Shown piece after piece: positions 32,122 to 42,426 of a stretch of DNA of 64,000 nt. The notes beneath the pieces are model-generated. The model saw only the letters and a list, made by a program, of their open reading frames with translations, had not been told where the DNA came from and ran no database searches. A program made the position numbers and the translations under genes. The stretch lies in contig CAVUHV010000001.1 of the NCBI GenBank assembly GCA_963741395.1, positions 222,826 to 286,825 on the forward strand, written 5' to 3'. Each line of letters starts with the position of its first letter. Positions within the stretch are counted from its first letter, which is position 1. This DNA is from an uncultured Acidobacteriaceae bacterium (lineage in GTDB: Bacteria > Acidobacteriota > Terriglobia > Terriglobales > Acidobacteriaceae).

Positions 32122-35070
32122 TTGGATATGAAATCCGAATCGAAACAGCTCCTTGAGGCGCAGTTGCGAGCCACGCTCGACGTAATTCCGGCGTATACCT
32201 GGTACGCTGCTCCGTCCGGCGCGCTCACCTTCGTAAATGAACGAACTGCGGATTACCTTTGCCTTCCCAAAGACCACCCTCTCCGTTTCGGAATCGACAT
32301 TGGCGGAGAGTGGGATTCCCATATCCCCTTGTTGCACCCGGACGACCAAGAAGAATCACGGAGAGCCTGGGCAACCTGTTTGCGTACCGGCAGCGCCGGT
32401 GAGTTCAGTCAGCGGGTTCGTAACGCTGAAGGAGCGTACCGCTGGTTTCTCAGTCGCGCCGAACCGCTCCGGGCCAGCGACGGAACTCTGTTGTATTGGG
32501 TAGGAGTTAATCTCGATATTGAAGAGCGAAAGCAAGCAGAGTTCTACCTTGAAGAGGGGCAGCGGCTTGCGCACACGGGTAGCTGGGTTTTCAATCCGGC
32601 TGGATTCGACTACTGGTCACGCGAGCTTTTTCACATCCACGGCCTTAATCCAGACCAAGAAGCGCCAAGCCTTGAAGAATACCTCGCGCTCGTCCATCCA
32701 GAAGATCGCGACTTCATGGCATCGCTAGTCAAGCGAGTCGTCGAGGAAGCTTCGCGATTTGATGTCACCAAGCGCATCATCCGACCTAACGGTGAACTCC
32801 GGTACATTCGCTGCGTGGGAATCCCCGCAGTTGAGAATGGCGCGCTGCAAAGAATTGTCGGCACTGCCATAGACGTTACCGAGCACGAACTCCTGACTCA
32901 GGAGCTCCGACGTCGGGAAGCATACCTGACGGAAGCTCAACGGCTCAGTCACACAGGCAGCTTCGGGTGGAAGCCTGATAGCGGCGAGATTGTCTGGTCA
33001 GACGAAACTTATCGGATCTTCGAGTACGACCGTACGCTTAAGCCAACAATAGACTTATTGTTACCACGCGTCCATCCCGAGGACCGGCCCGACTTTCTGA
33101 AGGTCATCGAGAGTGCCGCTGCGGGGGCGATGCATTTGGAGCATACCTATCGTATGCTGCAGCCTGACGGCAGAATCAAGCACATCCATGCCTTAGCTCA
33201 CGCATTACAAGACGCATCCGGCAATCGCGAGTTTGTGGGGGCAGCGACTGATGTGACGTCGATTAGACGAGCAGAAGAGGAACTGCGCAAAAGCGAAAAC
33301 TATCTCGCAGAAGCGCAGAGGCTAACGCACGTGAGCAGTTGGGCCTGGCAGGTAAAAGAAAGAGACACGCTGCATCTTTCGGATGAATGGTATCGCATCT
33401 ACGGATTTGATCCGAAAGAAGGTATGCCTGCGTGGGAACAACGCCTGCAGCGTGTACATCCAGAGGATCGAGATAAGTGGCAAACAACAATCGAGCAGGC
33501 AATTCGCGAGAGGTCGGACTACGACGTAGAGTTCCGTATCGTTGCTTCCTGACGGAACGCTCAGGTGGATCCACACGGTTGGCCATCCTTGGCTTCGTTA
33601 GGCAGGAGAACTCGTGAAGTTCGTCGGTAGCTCCATGGACATTACTGAGCGCAAGCAGTCGGAACAAAAGCTTCAGGCACAGGAAATTGAGCTCCCGGCA
33701 GGTGCTGGACCCTCACGCCTCAACTTGTTGCGGTATTCAGAGCCAGCCGCGAACGTCTTTATGCCAACCGCATGGCGCTCGATTACCTCGGCGTCACCCT
33801 CGAAGAGTGGCTGCAGAGATTAGATCACGATGAGTTCATTCATCCTGATGACTTGGAACGGCTCAAGGCTGCTGAGGATCGTGCTTTGTCAACCGGCTCT
33901 CCCTTCAAGTTGGAGTTGCGCCTACGCAAAGGTGATGGAAGTTATCGTTGGTTTCTGGCTCGTTTCAACCCGGTGCGCGACGACAAGGGAAAGGTCATGC
34001 GTTGGTATGCTGCGTCTACCGATATTGAAAACCGCAAACGGGCTGAGGAAAAACTGCAACAGGAAAACGCCGCGCTCCGTGAAGAAGTCGACGAAACCTC
34101 GATGTTTGAAGAGATCGTCGGGACCTCTCCGGCTTTGAAGAAAGTACTCTCGCACATCTCTAAGGTCGCGCCGAGCGATTCCACGGTCCTTATCACGGGT
34201 GAAACTGGAACAGGTAAAGAATTGGTTGCACGCGCGATCCACCGGAGATCAGCTCGTGCGTCGCGCGCCTTCGTCAGCGTGAACTGTGCAGCGATACCCC
34301 GCGAGCTGATCGCCTCGGAGTTGTTCGGACATGAGAAGGGCGTCACCGGAGCGACACAACGGCGGATTGGCCGTTTCGAACTTGCAGACGGGGGAACGAT
34401 TTTCTTGGACGAAGTGGGAGAACTCTTCCCCGACACTCAAGTAGCGTTGCTGAGAGTGCTACAGGAACGGGAATTTGAGCGCCTCGGTGGAAATCAGCTC
34501 ATCCACGTTGACGTTCGGGTCGTCACTGCCACAAATCGAAATCTCGAAGCAGCCGTATCCAATGGATCCTTCCGCCAAGACCTCTTATACAGGCTAAATG
34601 TATTTCCCATCGAGGTACCGCCCCTTCGCGAGCGGAAGGACGATATCTTGATGTTGGTTGAGTATTTTGTGCAGCGATACGCTTCCCGCGCAGGCAAGAA
34701 TATCCGTTCCATCGACAAAAAGACTGTAGACCTGCTGCACTACTATGAATGGCCGGGGAACATCCGCGAGTTACAGAACGTCATTGAGCGCTCCGTTATT
34801 CTATGTTCCAGTGAAGTCTTTTCCGTCGATGAGTCGTGGCTCTCCAAAGGATCTTCTGGGGCAGCCTCTGGGGTTCAAACTCCGGCACCTCTCAAGGCTG
34901 AAGCTGATCCCCGCAGCGAGCGGGAGATCATCGAGGCGGCGCTGGCCGAGTCTAGAGGGCGGGTTTCCGGACCGTCAGGGGCGGCAGCCAGACTTGGAAT
35001 TCCACCATCATCCCTCGACCACAGGATCAAAGCCCTAGAGATCGACAAAACCAGGTTCAAGTTCCGCTGA
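32122..35070 (+). pseudogene. Multi-PAS sigma54-type enhancer-binding protein (PAS repeats, AAA+, HTH), split
   Basis: Repeated HPED PAS/PAC units; +1 shifts near 33544 and 33694; in-frame TAG at 33599; [25 protein letters not shown]; GVTGA in place of GAFTGA. Confidence 0.82.
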
Positions 35071-35188
35071 AGCTCGCGGCAATCACCAGAAACACCATAT
35101 TCACCAGAATCACCCGATTCCCGACAAATCCCTTTTGTTTTCGACAGCATTTAACGGTGCTGCTCGTGTCTTTTCATAACTTTACGCG

Positions 35189-35205
35189 TTGGCCGAAGAC
35201 TTGCA
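35189..35205 (+). promoter_or_regulatory. Candidate sigma54 -24/-12 promoter
   Basis: TTGGCCGAAGACTTGCA fits TGGC-N7-TTGC, 40 bp upstream of the ORF at 35246. Confidence 0.5.
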
Positions 35206-35245
35206 ATCACTCAAGCAGTAGTGACGCAGAAGGATAGGAGCAACA

Positions 35246-35560
35246 ATGACCTGCAGAATCGACCGCCGAGTTGTCGGACAGGGCCGCCCGATGTTGTGCA
35301 TCAGTGGACGAATTACTGAGGAGGATGTGGATACGCTGCGGGCCTTGCTGGAACAGGAAAAGGGCGGAGTGACCATCGATCTCAAAGACGTCCTCATCGT
35401 GGACCGGGAAGCCATAAAACTTCTGGCAGTGGGCGAGTCAAACGGAGTCGAACTCAGAAACTGTCAAGCCTATATCCGTGAATGGGTCACAAGAGAGACG
35501 GCGGATAGGAATACGTCCGAGAAACGAACAACAGGAACGGGGGGCGGCGAAGATGTTTGA
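35246..35560 (+). CDS. Small STAS-like protein
   Basis: LCISGRI...VTIDLKDVLIVD...L..NG alpha/beta pattern; GGAG RBS. Confidence 0.6.
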   Translation: MTCRIDRRVVGQGRPMLCISGRITEEDVDTLRALLEQEKGGVTIDLKDVLIVDREAIKLLAVGESNGVELRNCQAYIREWVTRETADRNTSEKRTTGTGGGEDV

Positions 35561-36644
35561 TGCATTCGATGCAAATGACCAGCAGAGCCGTGATTCGGAT
35601 GGAGTGAAAGCGATATTCAGACCTCCGGTTCGCTACTCTGGAGTCCGAAACGGCCTCGCCGATCCAGATGTGATAGAAAAAGGTTTCTTTGCGAGCGAAT
35701 CCAAGAGCAATGAGACGATCTCCGAAGACGCGATTCGTGATGAGCTCTTTCGAATTCTGGAGAGTTCGATATTTGTTCAATCTGACCGACTAGGCCGATT
35801 TCTTCGGTTCACTGTGGAAAAAACGTTGGCAGGCGAAGGGGAGATGCTGAAGGAGTATCTGATCGGCACGGAGGTGTACGACCGCCCGAGTTCCTATCGG
35901 CCCAGTGAGGACTCGATTGTGCGTGGTGAAGCTCGCAGGCTGCGAAGTAAGTTGAAGGAATACTACGAATCCGTTGGCAAGAACGACCCACTTTCTATCC
36001 ACTGTCGGCCTGGCAGCTATGTGCCTATGTTCCGAAATCAACATAGACGTGTGAACCTTACTGCCACAGAGGCCGCTCCCCGTGAACGTTTCACTGGTGG
36101 AGACGGCATCCGCATAGCGGTTCTGCCTTTCTTAGACGCTTCCGGCAGCGCCTCGTCTGGCGTTTGTGCTCAATCGATCACCGATGACTTGATTCACGAA
36201 CTGGCGCGCACAGATGGGATTCGCGTGATCGCCGCAAGTTCAGTAGCGCCACTGGTCGCGAAAGCTATGAACATTCGCTCTCTGGCCCGAAAGCTAGACG
36301 TTCAGATCATATTCGAAGGTACGGTGTGCCACAACAACAACGTATTGCGCATTACCTCCAGGGTCGTTGACCCTGCAGATGGATTTCAGATCTGGTCTGA
36401 GCGGATCGAAACGGAGCCAGATCTACAAGATCTTGCCACCGTCTCTGAGCGAATTGCATCGTCGCTCGTTAGCCGGATCCGGCCGACCAATGGCTTCAAC
36501 GAGCGACAGCACAGTCTGCATCATGTTCGGCTGATTCTCAACTCGCGGGCCGAATCCGGCCTTCTGACAGATGTCTGTGATCGTATCCAACAATCGGAAT
36601 ATCAAGTTGAAGAGCCGAATCCAGACAGGCGCCTTCGTTCGTGA
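35553..36644 (+). CDS. Regulatory protein with TolB-N-like domain, C-terminally truncated
   Basis: RLGRFLRF...LKEYLIG.EVY...IVRGEARRLRSKL..YY; IAVLPF; FEGTV; the last ~50 aa are the antisense of a LysR fragment. Confidence 0.6.
   Translation: MFDAFDANDQQSRDSDGVKAIFRPPVRYSGVRNGLADPDVIEKGFFASESKSNETISEDAIRDELFRILESSIFVQSDRLGRFLRFTVEKTLAGEGEMLKEYLIGTEVYDRPSSYRPSEDSIVRGEARRLRSKLKEYYESVGKNDPLSIHCRPGSYVPMFRNQHRRVNLTATEAAPRERFTGGDGIRIAVLPFLDASGSASSGVCAQSITDDLIHELARTDGIRVIAASSVAPLVAKAMNIRSLARKLDVQIIFEGTVCHNNNVLRITSRVVDPADGFQIWSERIETEPDLQDLATVSERIASSLVSRIRPTNGFNERQHSLHHVRLILNSRAESGLLTDVCDRIQQSEYQVEEPNPDRRLRS
36492..36605 (-). pseudogene. LysR substrate-binding domain fragment
   Basis: LLDTITDICQKAGFGPRVENQPNMMQTVLSLVEA. 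Confidence 0.6.
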
Positions 36645-36819
36645 AGAGCCGTCCCGCAGGTTTCCTGGATGACGGGCAAACCCGGAATGCTAGGGCAAAC
36701 GTGAGTAAACCGACTGAAATTGATTTATGAGATGCGTTCTAATGTGTTTTCAAAACGTTGCAAATGGCAGGCTGCCCTCCATATATAGCGGCCAGCGCAT
36801 GCACTAGGAGGACAAACAG

Positions 36820-36993
36820 ATGACACGCACCGACCTTGAAATCAATCAGGAAGACATGTGGAGAAAATTGGTCTTCGAACAGCGAACCACCCTCACACTC
36901 GCGGTTGAGATGCTATTGCGTTGCCAATTATCTCCCGAACAGATCCTCACCAAGACGGCGATGGCACTGGAAGGCTCACACCACGATTCGTGA
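36820..36993 (+). pseudogene. Truncated paralog (57 aa) of the ORF at 37116
   Basis: AGGAGG RBS; EDMWRKLV...VEMLLRCQLSPEQIL aligns with EEMWRTFF...AEMLLCCHLSPERIL. Confidence 0.55.
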
Positions 36994-37115
36994 CGTTTGC
37001 GAGGGCAGATTACGAGAGCCCGCCGCATGACGAGAATCAAAAGAGGGCTGATGCAACTACCAACGTCGCGGGAGCAACATTGCAAACAACCCTCTTTTAA
37101 TAGAAAGGCATTCTC

Positions 37116-37583
37116 ATGACAACTTCGGAACTTATCACAGAACAAGAGGAGATGTGGAGAACATTCTTCGAAGACAATCACGCAGATCTCGTTATCGTTG
37201 CTGAGATGCTTTTGTGTTGCCATCTATCCCCCGAAAGAATCCTCCGCAAGGCATTATCATGCCTGGAAAGTTCACCATGCGAGGTGACCTTTGGACAGGC
37301 AATCCACGCGGTCATCGATACCGCCATTGAATACAATCGGGAGACTGCCAACTCACCGCTCCAAGCAAAGACGCCTCCTCCCGTCAAATTGAGAGTCCCC
37401 GGAATATCGCAAATTGCTACGCTTCCGTGGCCCGAACGAGCAGTGTATTTCCTGCGCGGAATTCTTCACTATTCCTGCGAGGAGACCGGTCTTCTCCTTA
37501 ATCTGAGCGACGTCAAGATCGACCAGCTCTACAAGTTTGCAGCAAAGCGTATCGGCTACGAAAGCAAGACAACATGTCGCTAA
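37116..37583 (+). CDS. Protein with sigma70 region-4-like C-terminus (ECF-like)
   Basis: LPWPERAVYFLRGILHYSCEETGLLLNLS resembles the region-4 HTH. Confidence 0.55.
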   Translation: MTTSELITEQEEMWRTFFEDNHADLVIVAEMLLCCHLSPERILRKALSCLESSPCEVTFGQAIHAVIDTAIEYNRETANSPLQAKTPPPVKLRVPGISQIATLPWPERAVYFLRGILHYSCEETGLLLNLSDVKIDQLYKFAAKRIGYESKTTCR

Positions 37584-37676
37584 TCGACACCTCGAATAGC
37601 TCGCGGATGGTTAGATCACTCATCATCTGGATCGCGTATGTTTGGATATCTTGTACGTTTCATTTTGCAATTGCCT

Positions 37677-38622
37677 GTACATCCAAAAAGATGAGCGGCT
37701 GGAGGGCTGAGGAGATGCATTTGTATCCGCAAGGCGGGGATACGATTATGAAGGGCGGCTTCGGAGCGGATCGGACGGAACCTGTCGCTAGTTCCAGACG
37801 CGCGCCCGGCCTCTGCGCGATAGTCGAGGCAGGATCGTGAAGTGGTGTGCAGTGGCGACCGACATTCAAGATCGCGAGGATGCGGAACAGCTACAGGCAG
37901 ACCTTGCACACACCAATCGGATCAGCATGCTCGGAGAACTGGCTGCCTCAATCTCTCACGAGTTAAAGCAGCCGATAAGCGCGGCGGTGATGGATGCGCA
38001 GGCCATCTTGCGATGGCTGAACCGCGACCAGCCGGACCTGGACGAGGCGCGCCGGGCAGCAGCAGCGATCGTGAAGGACGGGAGGCTTGCAGCCGACATC
38101 ATCGATCGTTTGCGGTCGTTGTATAAGAAGACGCCCCCACAGCGAGAGTCGGTCGACGTCGCCGAAATCATCGACGAAACGATCCTGCTTCTGCGGAGCG
38201 AAGCCGACGAGTATGCCGTTTCGATTGGGACGGACCTTGCCGCCGATCTTCCCAAAATCACGGCGGACCGGGTGCAACTGCAGCAGGTACTGATGAACCT
38301 CATGCTCAATGGAATCGAGGCGATGAAGGAGAGGGGCGGACTGCTCAGGGTCAAGACGGGCCGAGGCGAGTGCGGTCAGGTGCTGATCTCAGTCAGCGAC
38401 ACCGGAGTGGGATTGCCGGCTGGAAGAGCGGACGACATCTTCAATGCCTTCTTCACCACGAAACCTCAAGGCAGCGGCATGGGGCTCGCGATCAGCCGTT
38501 CCATCGTGGAATCGCATGGTGGCCGTTTGTGGGCCGCATCCAACGACGGAGGAGGCGCGACGTTCCACTTCACCTTGCCAGCGGCTTCTGCGGAAACAAA
38601 CCCTTCCGTGGATGCCGCGTGA
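37677..38622 (+). pseudogene. PAS sensor histidine kinase remnant
   Basis: HisKA (SISHELKQP) and HATPase (NLMLNG, DTGVG, FFTTK, GMGL) intact; upstream PAS has in-frame TGA at 37708 and TAG at 37789; 5' end missing. Confidence 0.78.
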
Positions 38623-38888
38623 TTCGGCATTCAGCAGAGTGGGCAGCTCCCGACGGATCATGATTATGCGGTTTCGGCCCGCGAATATCAGACTGATCAA
38701 TCGTCGCTCAAAACCGCTCCGATTGCTGCTCGCTCTGTCTTTGGGAAAAAAAAGCGCAAACTACCAAAGCAATCCCACAGATCTAGCCCAGTTGACACGG
38801 TCACTCATATCAGGCCTTATCACTCTCCGAAGCGAACCACCTCTCCATCGACCTTATTTTCTGAGGTGATTCAAGTTGCCATCGACAC

Positions 38889-40022
38889 TCATGAACCGCC
38901 GACATCGGCGGCTAAGAGCAGTTCCACCACACGATTATTGGCCTCACGTTTTTCAGGCGACAGTGCTTTACCGTAGACGTTGAAGGTCGTGGCAATCGCG
39001 GAATGCCTCATCAGATCCTTCGTAACGCCCGGCGCTGCCCCCGTGGCGTCGAGCCAGGATCGATATGAGTGCCGAAGGGAATGAAAACCGAGCCCTTCAA
39101 TGCCAATCGCCTCTCCTGCTGGCCGAATCCACCTTTGTTGCAGGCTTGGCGACATGTACGGCATCCCGGTCGCCGGATTCGCAAACAGCCATTGTGAAGT
39201 GGATTGCACCTTCCACGTCAGAAGCAATTCCGCCAGCAATCGCGCGAGCGGCAATTTCGCCTTGGATGAAGTGGTTTTGGTTTCATCAATAGCGCCACGA
39301 TAAGCGCTACGCCGGATGGTGACAGTTGTGTGCTGCCAATCGAAGTCTTCCCATCGCAGGCCAAGGGCCTCACTGACGCGCAGGCCAAGGCACGACATCG
39401 TGATCGCAATCATATTGACGTGCGCCGGCAGGCGACGAACGACTTCGCGGAACTGATCCGGCGACAGCACGACCGCCTCTTTGGTGCGCCTGGTGACGTT
39501 CTTGATCTTGACGATCTCGATAGGATTCCGACGCTCGAGCGGCAGGTACTCCCACAGCGTGGCCAGGTCGAAGAGCTTGTGCATCAAGCTACGCAAGTGT
39601 CCTTTACTCAAGGGGGCAAGGTCGAGAGACTGGAACCATGCGTGAATCTCGGCCGGCCGAATCTCGGATACGACGTGGTTTCCCCACTTAGGACGGAGCC
39701 TCTTGTTGATGATGGATGTGTAGGAGCTCCGCGTCGCGCGCCGTGCGGGTATCTCTTCCGCAATATAACGATCAAGTAATGCATTGAACGTTACGTCATT
39801 GGCCCGGGCGTATTCCGTGCCCTCGTTCAACTTGAGAAGCTGAGCCTCCACCTTTTGCCGGACAGCCTTCTCGGTTTTGTAGATTCTGCCGTCGAAGTAT
39901 TGGCTTCGCAGGACGCGGTCCCCGTCCTGCTCGACGTAATACCGGAACTCCCACGCGAAGCCGTTTGCCCGTTTCACCCGCCGGACTGAACCCTGCTGAT
40001 ACTTGTCCCGACGCACCTTCAT
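38889..40022 (-). CDS. Tyrosine recombinase (phage-type integrase)
   Basis: GLRVSEALGLRW, FHSLRHS, LMRHS, NVY catalytic set intact; adjacent to tRNA-Cys. Confidence 0.95.
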   Translation of the reverse strand: MKVRRDKYQQGSVRRVKRANGFAWEFRYYVEQDGDRVLRSQYFDGRIYKTEKAVRQKVEAQLLKLNEGTEYARANDVTFNALLDRYIAEEIPARRATRSSYTSIINKRLRPKWGNHVVSEIRPAEIHAWFQSLDLAPLSKGHLRSLMHKLFDLATLWEYLPLERRNPIEIVKIKNVTRRTKEAVVLSPDQFREVVRRLPAHVNMIAITMSCLGLRVSEALGLRWEDFDWQHTTVTIRRSAYRGAIDETKTTSSKAKLPLARLLAELLLTWKVQSTSQWLFANPATGMPYMSPSLQQRWIRPAGEAIGIEGLGFHSLRHSYRSWLDATGAAPGVTKDLMRHSAIATTFNVYGKALSPEKREANNRVVELLLAADVGGS

Positions 40023-40065
40023 AGCCCAACTCCAGAGGTCTTTCCGGAGAGCAGTTTACCTTATC

Positions 40066-40083
40066 ATGGGTTATTATGGGTTG
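40066..40083. repeat. Putative integrase arm-type sites, ATGGGTT x2
   Basis: Copies at 40066 and 40076, same orientation as the pair at 19489/19500. Confidence 0.55.
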
Positions 40084-40121
40084 GTCGATTTTCAGAAATC
40101 TATGTAAACTATTGAAATAAT

Positions 40122-40197
40122 TGGAGCACCGAGAGGGAATTGAACCCTCGAATACTGGTTTTGCAGACCAGCGCGTTAGCCACTTCGCCATCGGTGC
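40122..40197 (-). tRNA. tRNA-Cys (GCA)
   Basis: Cloverleaf GCACCGA/TCGGTGC, anticodon arm CTGGT-CTGCAAA-ACCAG, T-arm GAGGG-TTCAATT-CCCTC, U73 discriminator, encoded CCA. Confidence 0.97.
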
Positions 40198-40243
40198 TCT
40201 TATCCGCCGCATCGGACCGCGACGGAAGCTTTCAGAAATCAGT

Positions 40244-40900
40244 CTACTTCGGCTGAGTCGTTGTACGCAGGTACGGCTTCACTGTTTTGTACCCTGGGAA
40301 GATTTTGGCCGCATCGTCATTGGACAACGCTCCGGTGATGATGACGTCGTCGCCCTGCTTCCAGTTAGCCGGTGTCGCGACCTTATGCTTGCTTGTCAGC
40401 TGCATGGAATCCAGCACGCGGATGATCTCGTCGAAGTTGCGGCCCGTGGTCATCGGATAGGCCAGCGTCAGCTTGATTCGCTTGTCCGGTCCAATTACAA
40501 ACACCATGCGCACTGTGGCATTGTCGGCTGGAGTGCGGCCCTCACAGCTGTCGCCTGCATCGCCAGGCAGCATGTCATACAGCTTCGCTACCTTCAGTTC
40601 CGTGTCGCCGATGACGGGGTAATTGATCGTGGAACCCGTCACGTCCTTGATGTCCTGCGCCCACTTGGCGTGGTTCTCCACTGGGTCCACGCTCAAGCCG
40701 ATCACCTTGGCTCCGCGCGCGGCAAACTGCTGCTCAAGTGACGCTACGGCGCCAAGCTCAGTGGTGCACACGGGCGTAAAGTCCTTGGGATGGGAGAAAA
40801 GAACAGCCCAGTTGTCGCCGATCCACTCGTGGAAGCGAATGGGACCCTGTGTAGTTTCCGCCGTGAAGTCAGGAGCCAGATCGTTGATGCGGAGTGACAT
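40244..40900 (-). CDS. 1-Cys peroxiredoxin (Prx6, LsfA-like)
   Basis: FSHPKDFTPVCTTELG; VATPANWKQGDDVII. Confidence 0.95.
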   Translation of the reverse strand: MSLRINDLAPDFTAETTQGPIRFHEWIGDNWAVLFSHPKDFTPVCTTELGAVASLEQQFAARGAKVIGLSVDPVENHAKWAQDIKDVTGSTINYPVIGDTELKVAKLYDMLPGDAGDSCEGRTPADNATVRMVFVIGPDKRIKLTLAYPMTTGRNFDEIIRVLDSMQLTSKHKVATPANWKQGDDVIITGALSNDDAAKIFPGYKTVKPYLRTTTQPK

Positions 40901-40971
40901 GTTTGAACGTACCTCTCTGGGATTGCCCGGTATTTTCTTGTTGAGATAACTGCTGTTGGTCCTAAACGCTG

Positions 40972-41006
40972 AAAACCCACCCTGCTCGCGGCTCCGGGTG
41001 GGCTCT
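40972..41006 (-). terminator. Intrinsic terminator-like hairpin of the predicted attenuator
   Basis: Minus strand AGAGCCCACCC-13 nt-GGGTGGGTTTT, ending 72 nt upstream of the peroxiredoxin start. Confidence 0.7.
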
Positions 41007-41037
41007 GTGCTGCTCGAAGATGCTTACTTCGATTCGC

Positions 41038-41106
41038 TCATCCACACACCCGCGCCGGGCTACAGCAACAGCAGCGCATGGAGGTCGTGTTGGGCGTCAT
41101 CGTCAT
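41038..41106 (-). CDS. Cys-rich leader peptide MTMTPNTTSMRCCCCSPARVCG (22 aa)
   Basis: AAAGG 8 nt before ATG; TGC TGT TGC TGT run; stop 31 nt before the terminator hairpin. Confidence 0.72.
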   Translation of the reverse strand: MTMTPNTTSMRCCCCSPARVCG

Positions 41107-41201
41107 TAGCTGAACCTTTGTACCGCTGGCCAGCTCAGGCTAGCATGGGGCAGGTTGACCCCATTGCGGTCTAACCAAAACCATAGTCTCGAGGAGCAGC
41201 C

Positions 41202-42140
41202 ATGTCAACCCAGCAAGTTCCTGCTACCGCGCATGCAGCTTACGACTTTGCCCAGGTCGATGTCTTCGCGGAGCGCCCGCTTGAGGGCAATCAGCTCGCC
41301 ATATTCTGTGACGGACGCGGTCTTTCGAGCGAGGAGATGCAATCGCTGGCTCGCGAGACGAATCTCTCAGAGACTACGTTCATCCTGCCCCGCGAGACCC
41401 CTTTGGAGCGAGAGTGCGGTGTGCGGGTCCGCATCTTCACAACGCAAGAGGAACTGCCCTTCGCGGGGCACCCGACGCTCGGCACAGCAAGCTGGCTCTA
41501 CTGGAACCACCCCGCGTTTCGGGGAGCCGACGAGATCACGCTCGAACTTGGCGTAGGGCCAATTCCAGTGAGATTTGCTCAGTCAGAGGCCAATAAACAT
41601 GGCGTCTTTGGAACGATGCGGCAGAACAATCCTGTCTTTGGTGTACCTGATGTCAACCATGCTGCTCTCGCCCCCATCCTGCATCTTGCTCTGGACGATC
41701 TCGACCAAAGTCTGCCCGCCCAGATGGTGACAACAGGCAATCCATTCTGTATCGTTCCGCTGCGATCACTCGATGCTGCCTCGCGAGTTGCCCTGCCACA
41801 GAGCGGGGAAGTGCGCGCTTATCTTGAGCGCGCCGGAGCGAAGTTTTTCTACTTCATCACTCGCGCCGATACCGGTTCCGGCGCTGACTGGCATGCAAGG
41901 ATGCAGTTCTACAGCGGCGAAGATCCTGCGACCGGATCAGCAGCAGGACCCGCTATCGCCTATCTTGTGCGTCACGGAGTGGTGCCGAGCGAGAAGACGA
42001 TTGTGATCGAGCAGGGCGTTGAGATGCTTCGCCCAAGCCGCATTCATGTCTCCGCGAAGCTCGCCGGCGGAGTTGTGTCAAATGTGTTCGTCGGCGGGCG
42101 CACCATTCCAGTTGCAACGGGACGGTTTTTCCTGCCGTGA
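41202..42140 (+). CDS. PhzF-family isomerase
   Basis: QVDVFAERPLEGNQL, SETTF, ELPFAGHPTLG, EDPATGSA, EQG.EM.RPS. Confidence 0.92.
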   Translation: MSTQQVPATAHAAYDFAQVDVFAERPLEGNQLAIFCDGRGLSSEEMQSLARETNLSETTFILPRETPLERECGVRVRIFTTQEELPFAGHPTLGTASWLYWNHPAFRGADEITLELGVGPIPVRFAQSEANKHGVFGTMRQNNPVFGVPDVNHAALAPILHLALDDLDQSLPAQMVTTGNPFCIVPLRSLDAASRVALPQSGEVRAYLERAGAKFFYFITRADTGSGADWHARMQFYSGEDPATGSAAGPAIAYLVRHGVVPSEKTIVIEQGVEMLRPSRIHVSAKLAGGVVSNVFVGGRTIPVATGRFFLP

Positions 42141-42426
42141 TGCACGTGTTTTCAACAGAGCTGTAACATTAATCTCCTGTAATGGCGGGGCTTTGGAAAG
42201 AACGGTGGATGTGCAAGGGCTAATATTGCGCATCTTCGCTGGAACTTCGCCATTGCCAAGCGGGGCAACTCTTCATACTCTTGGCAAGCGTCGATGGTGA
42301 ATTGCATGGAACATGCGGTCGCTGCCGACGGGAATTCTTTCGCCTGTTTTTACGACAACCTGAGTTGAGAGACGCTTGACTGTCATACAGTCACGGCTCC
42401 CTGCGCGCCTATCGCTGCCTGCAAAC

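Noticed and set aside
38389-38700. ORF opposite the histidine kinase
   Set aside because: Antisense translation of the HATPase domain
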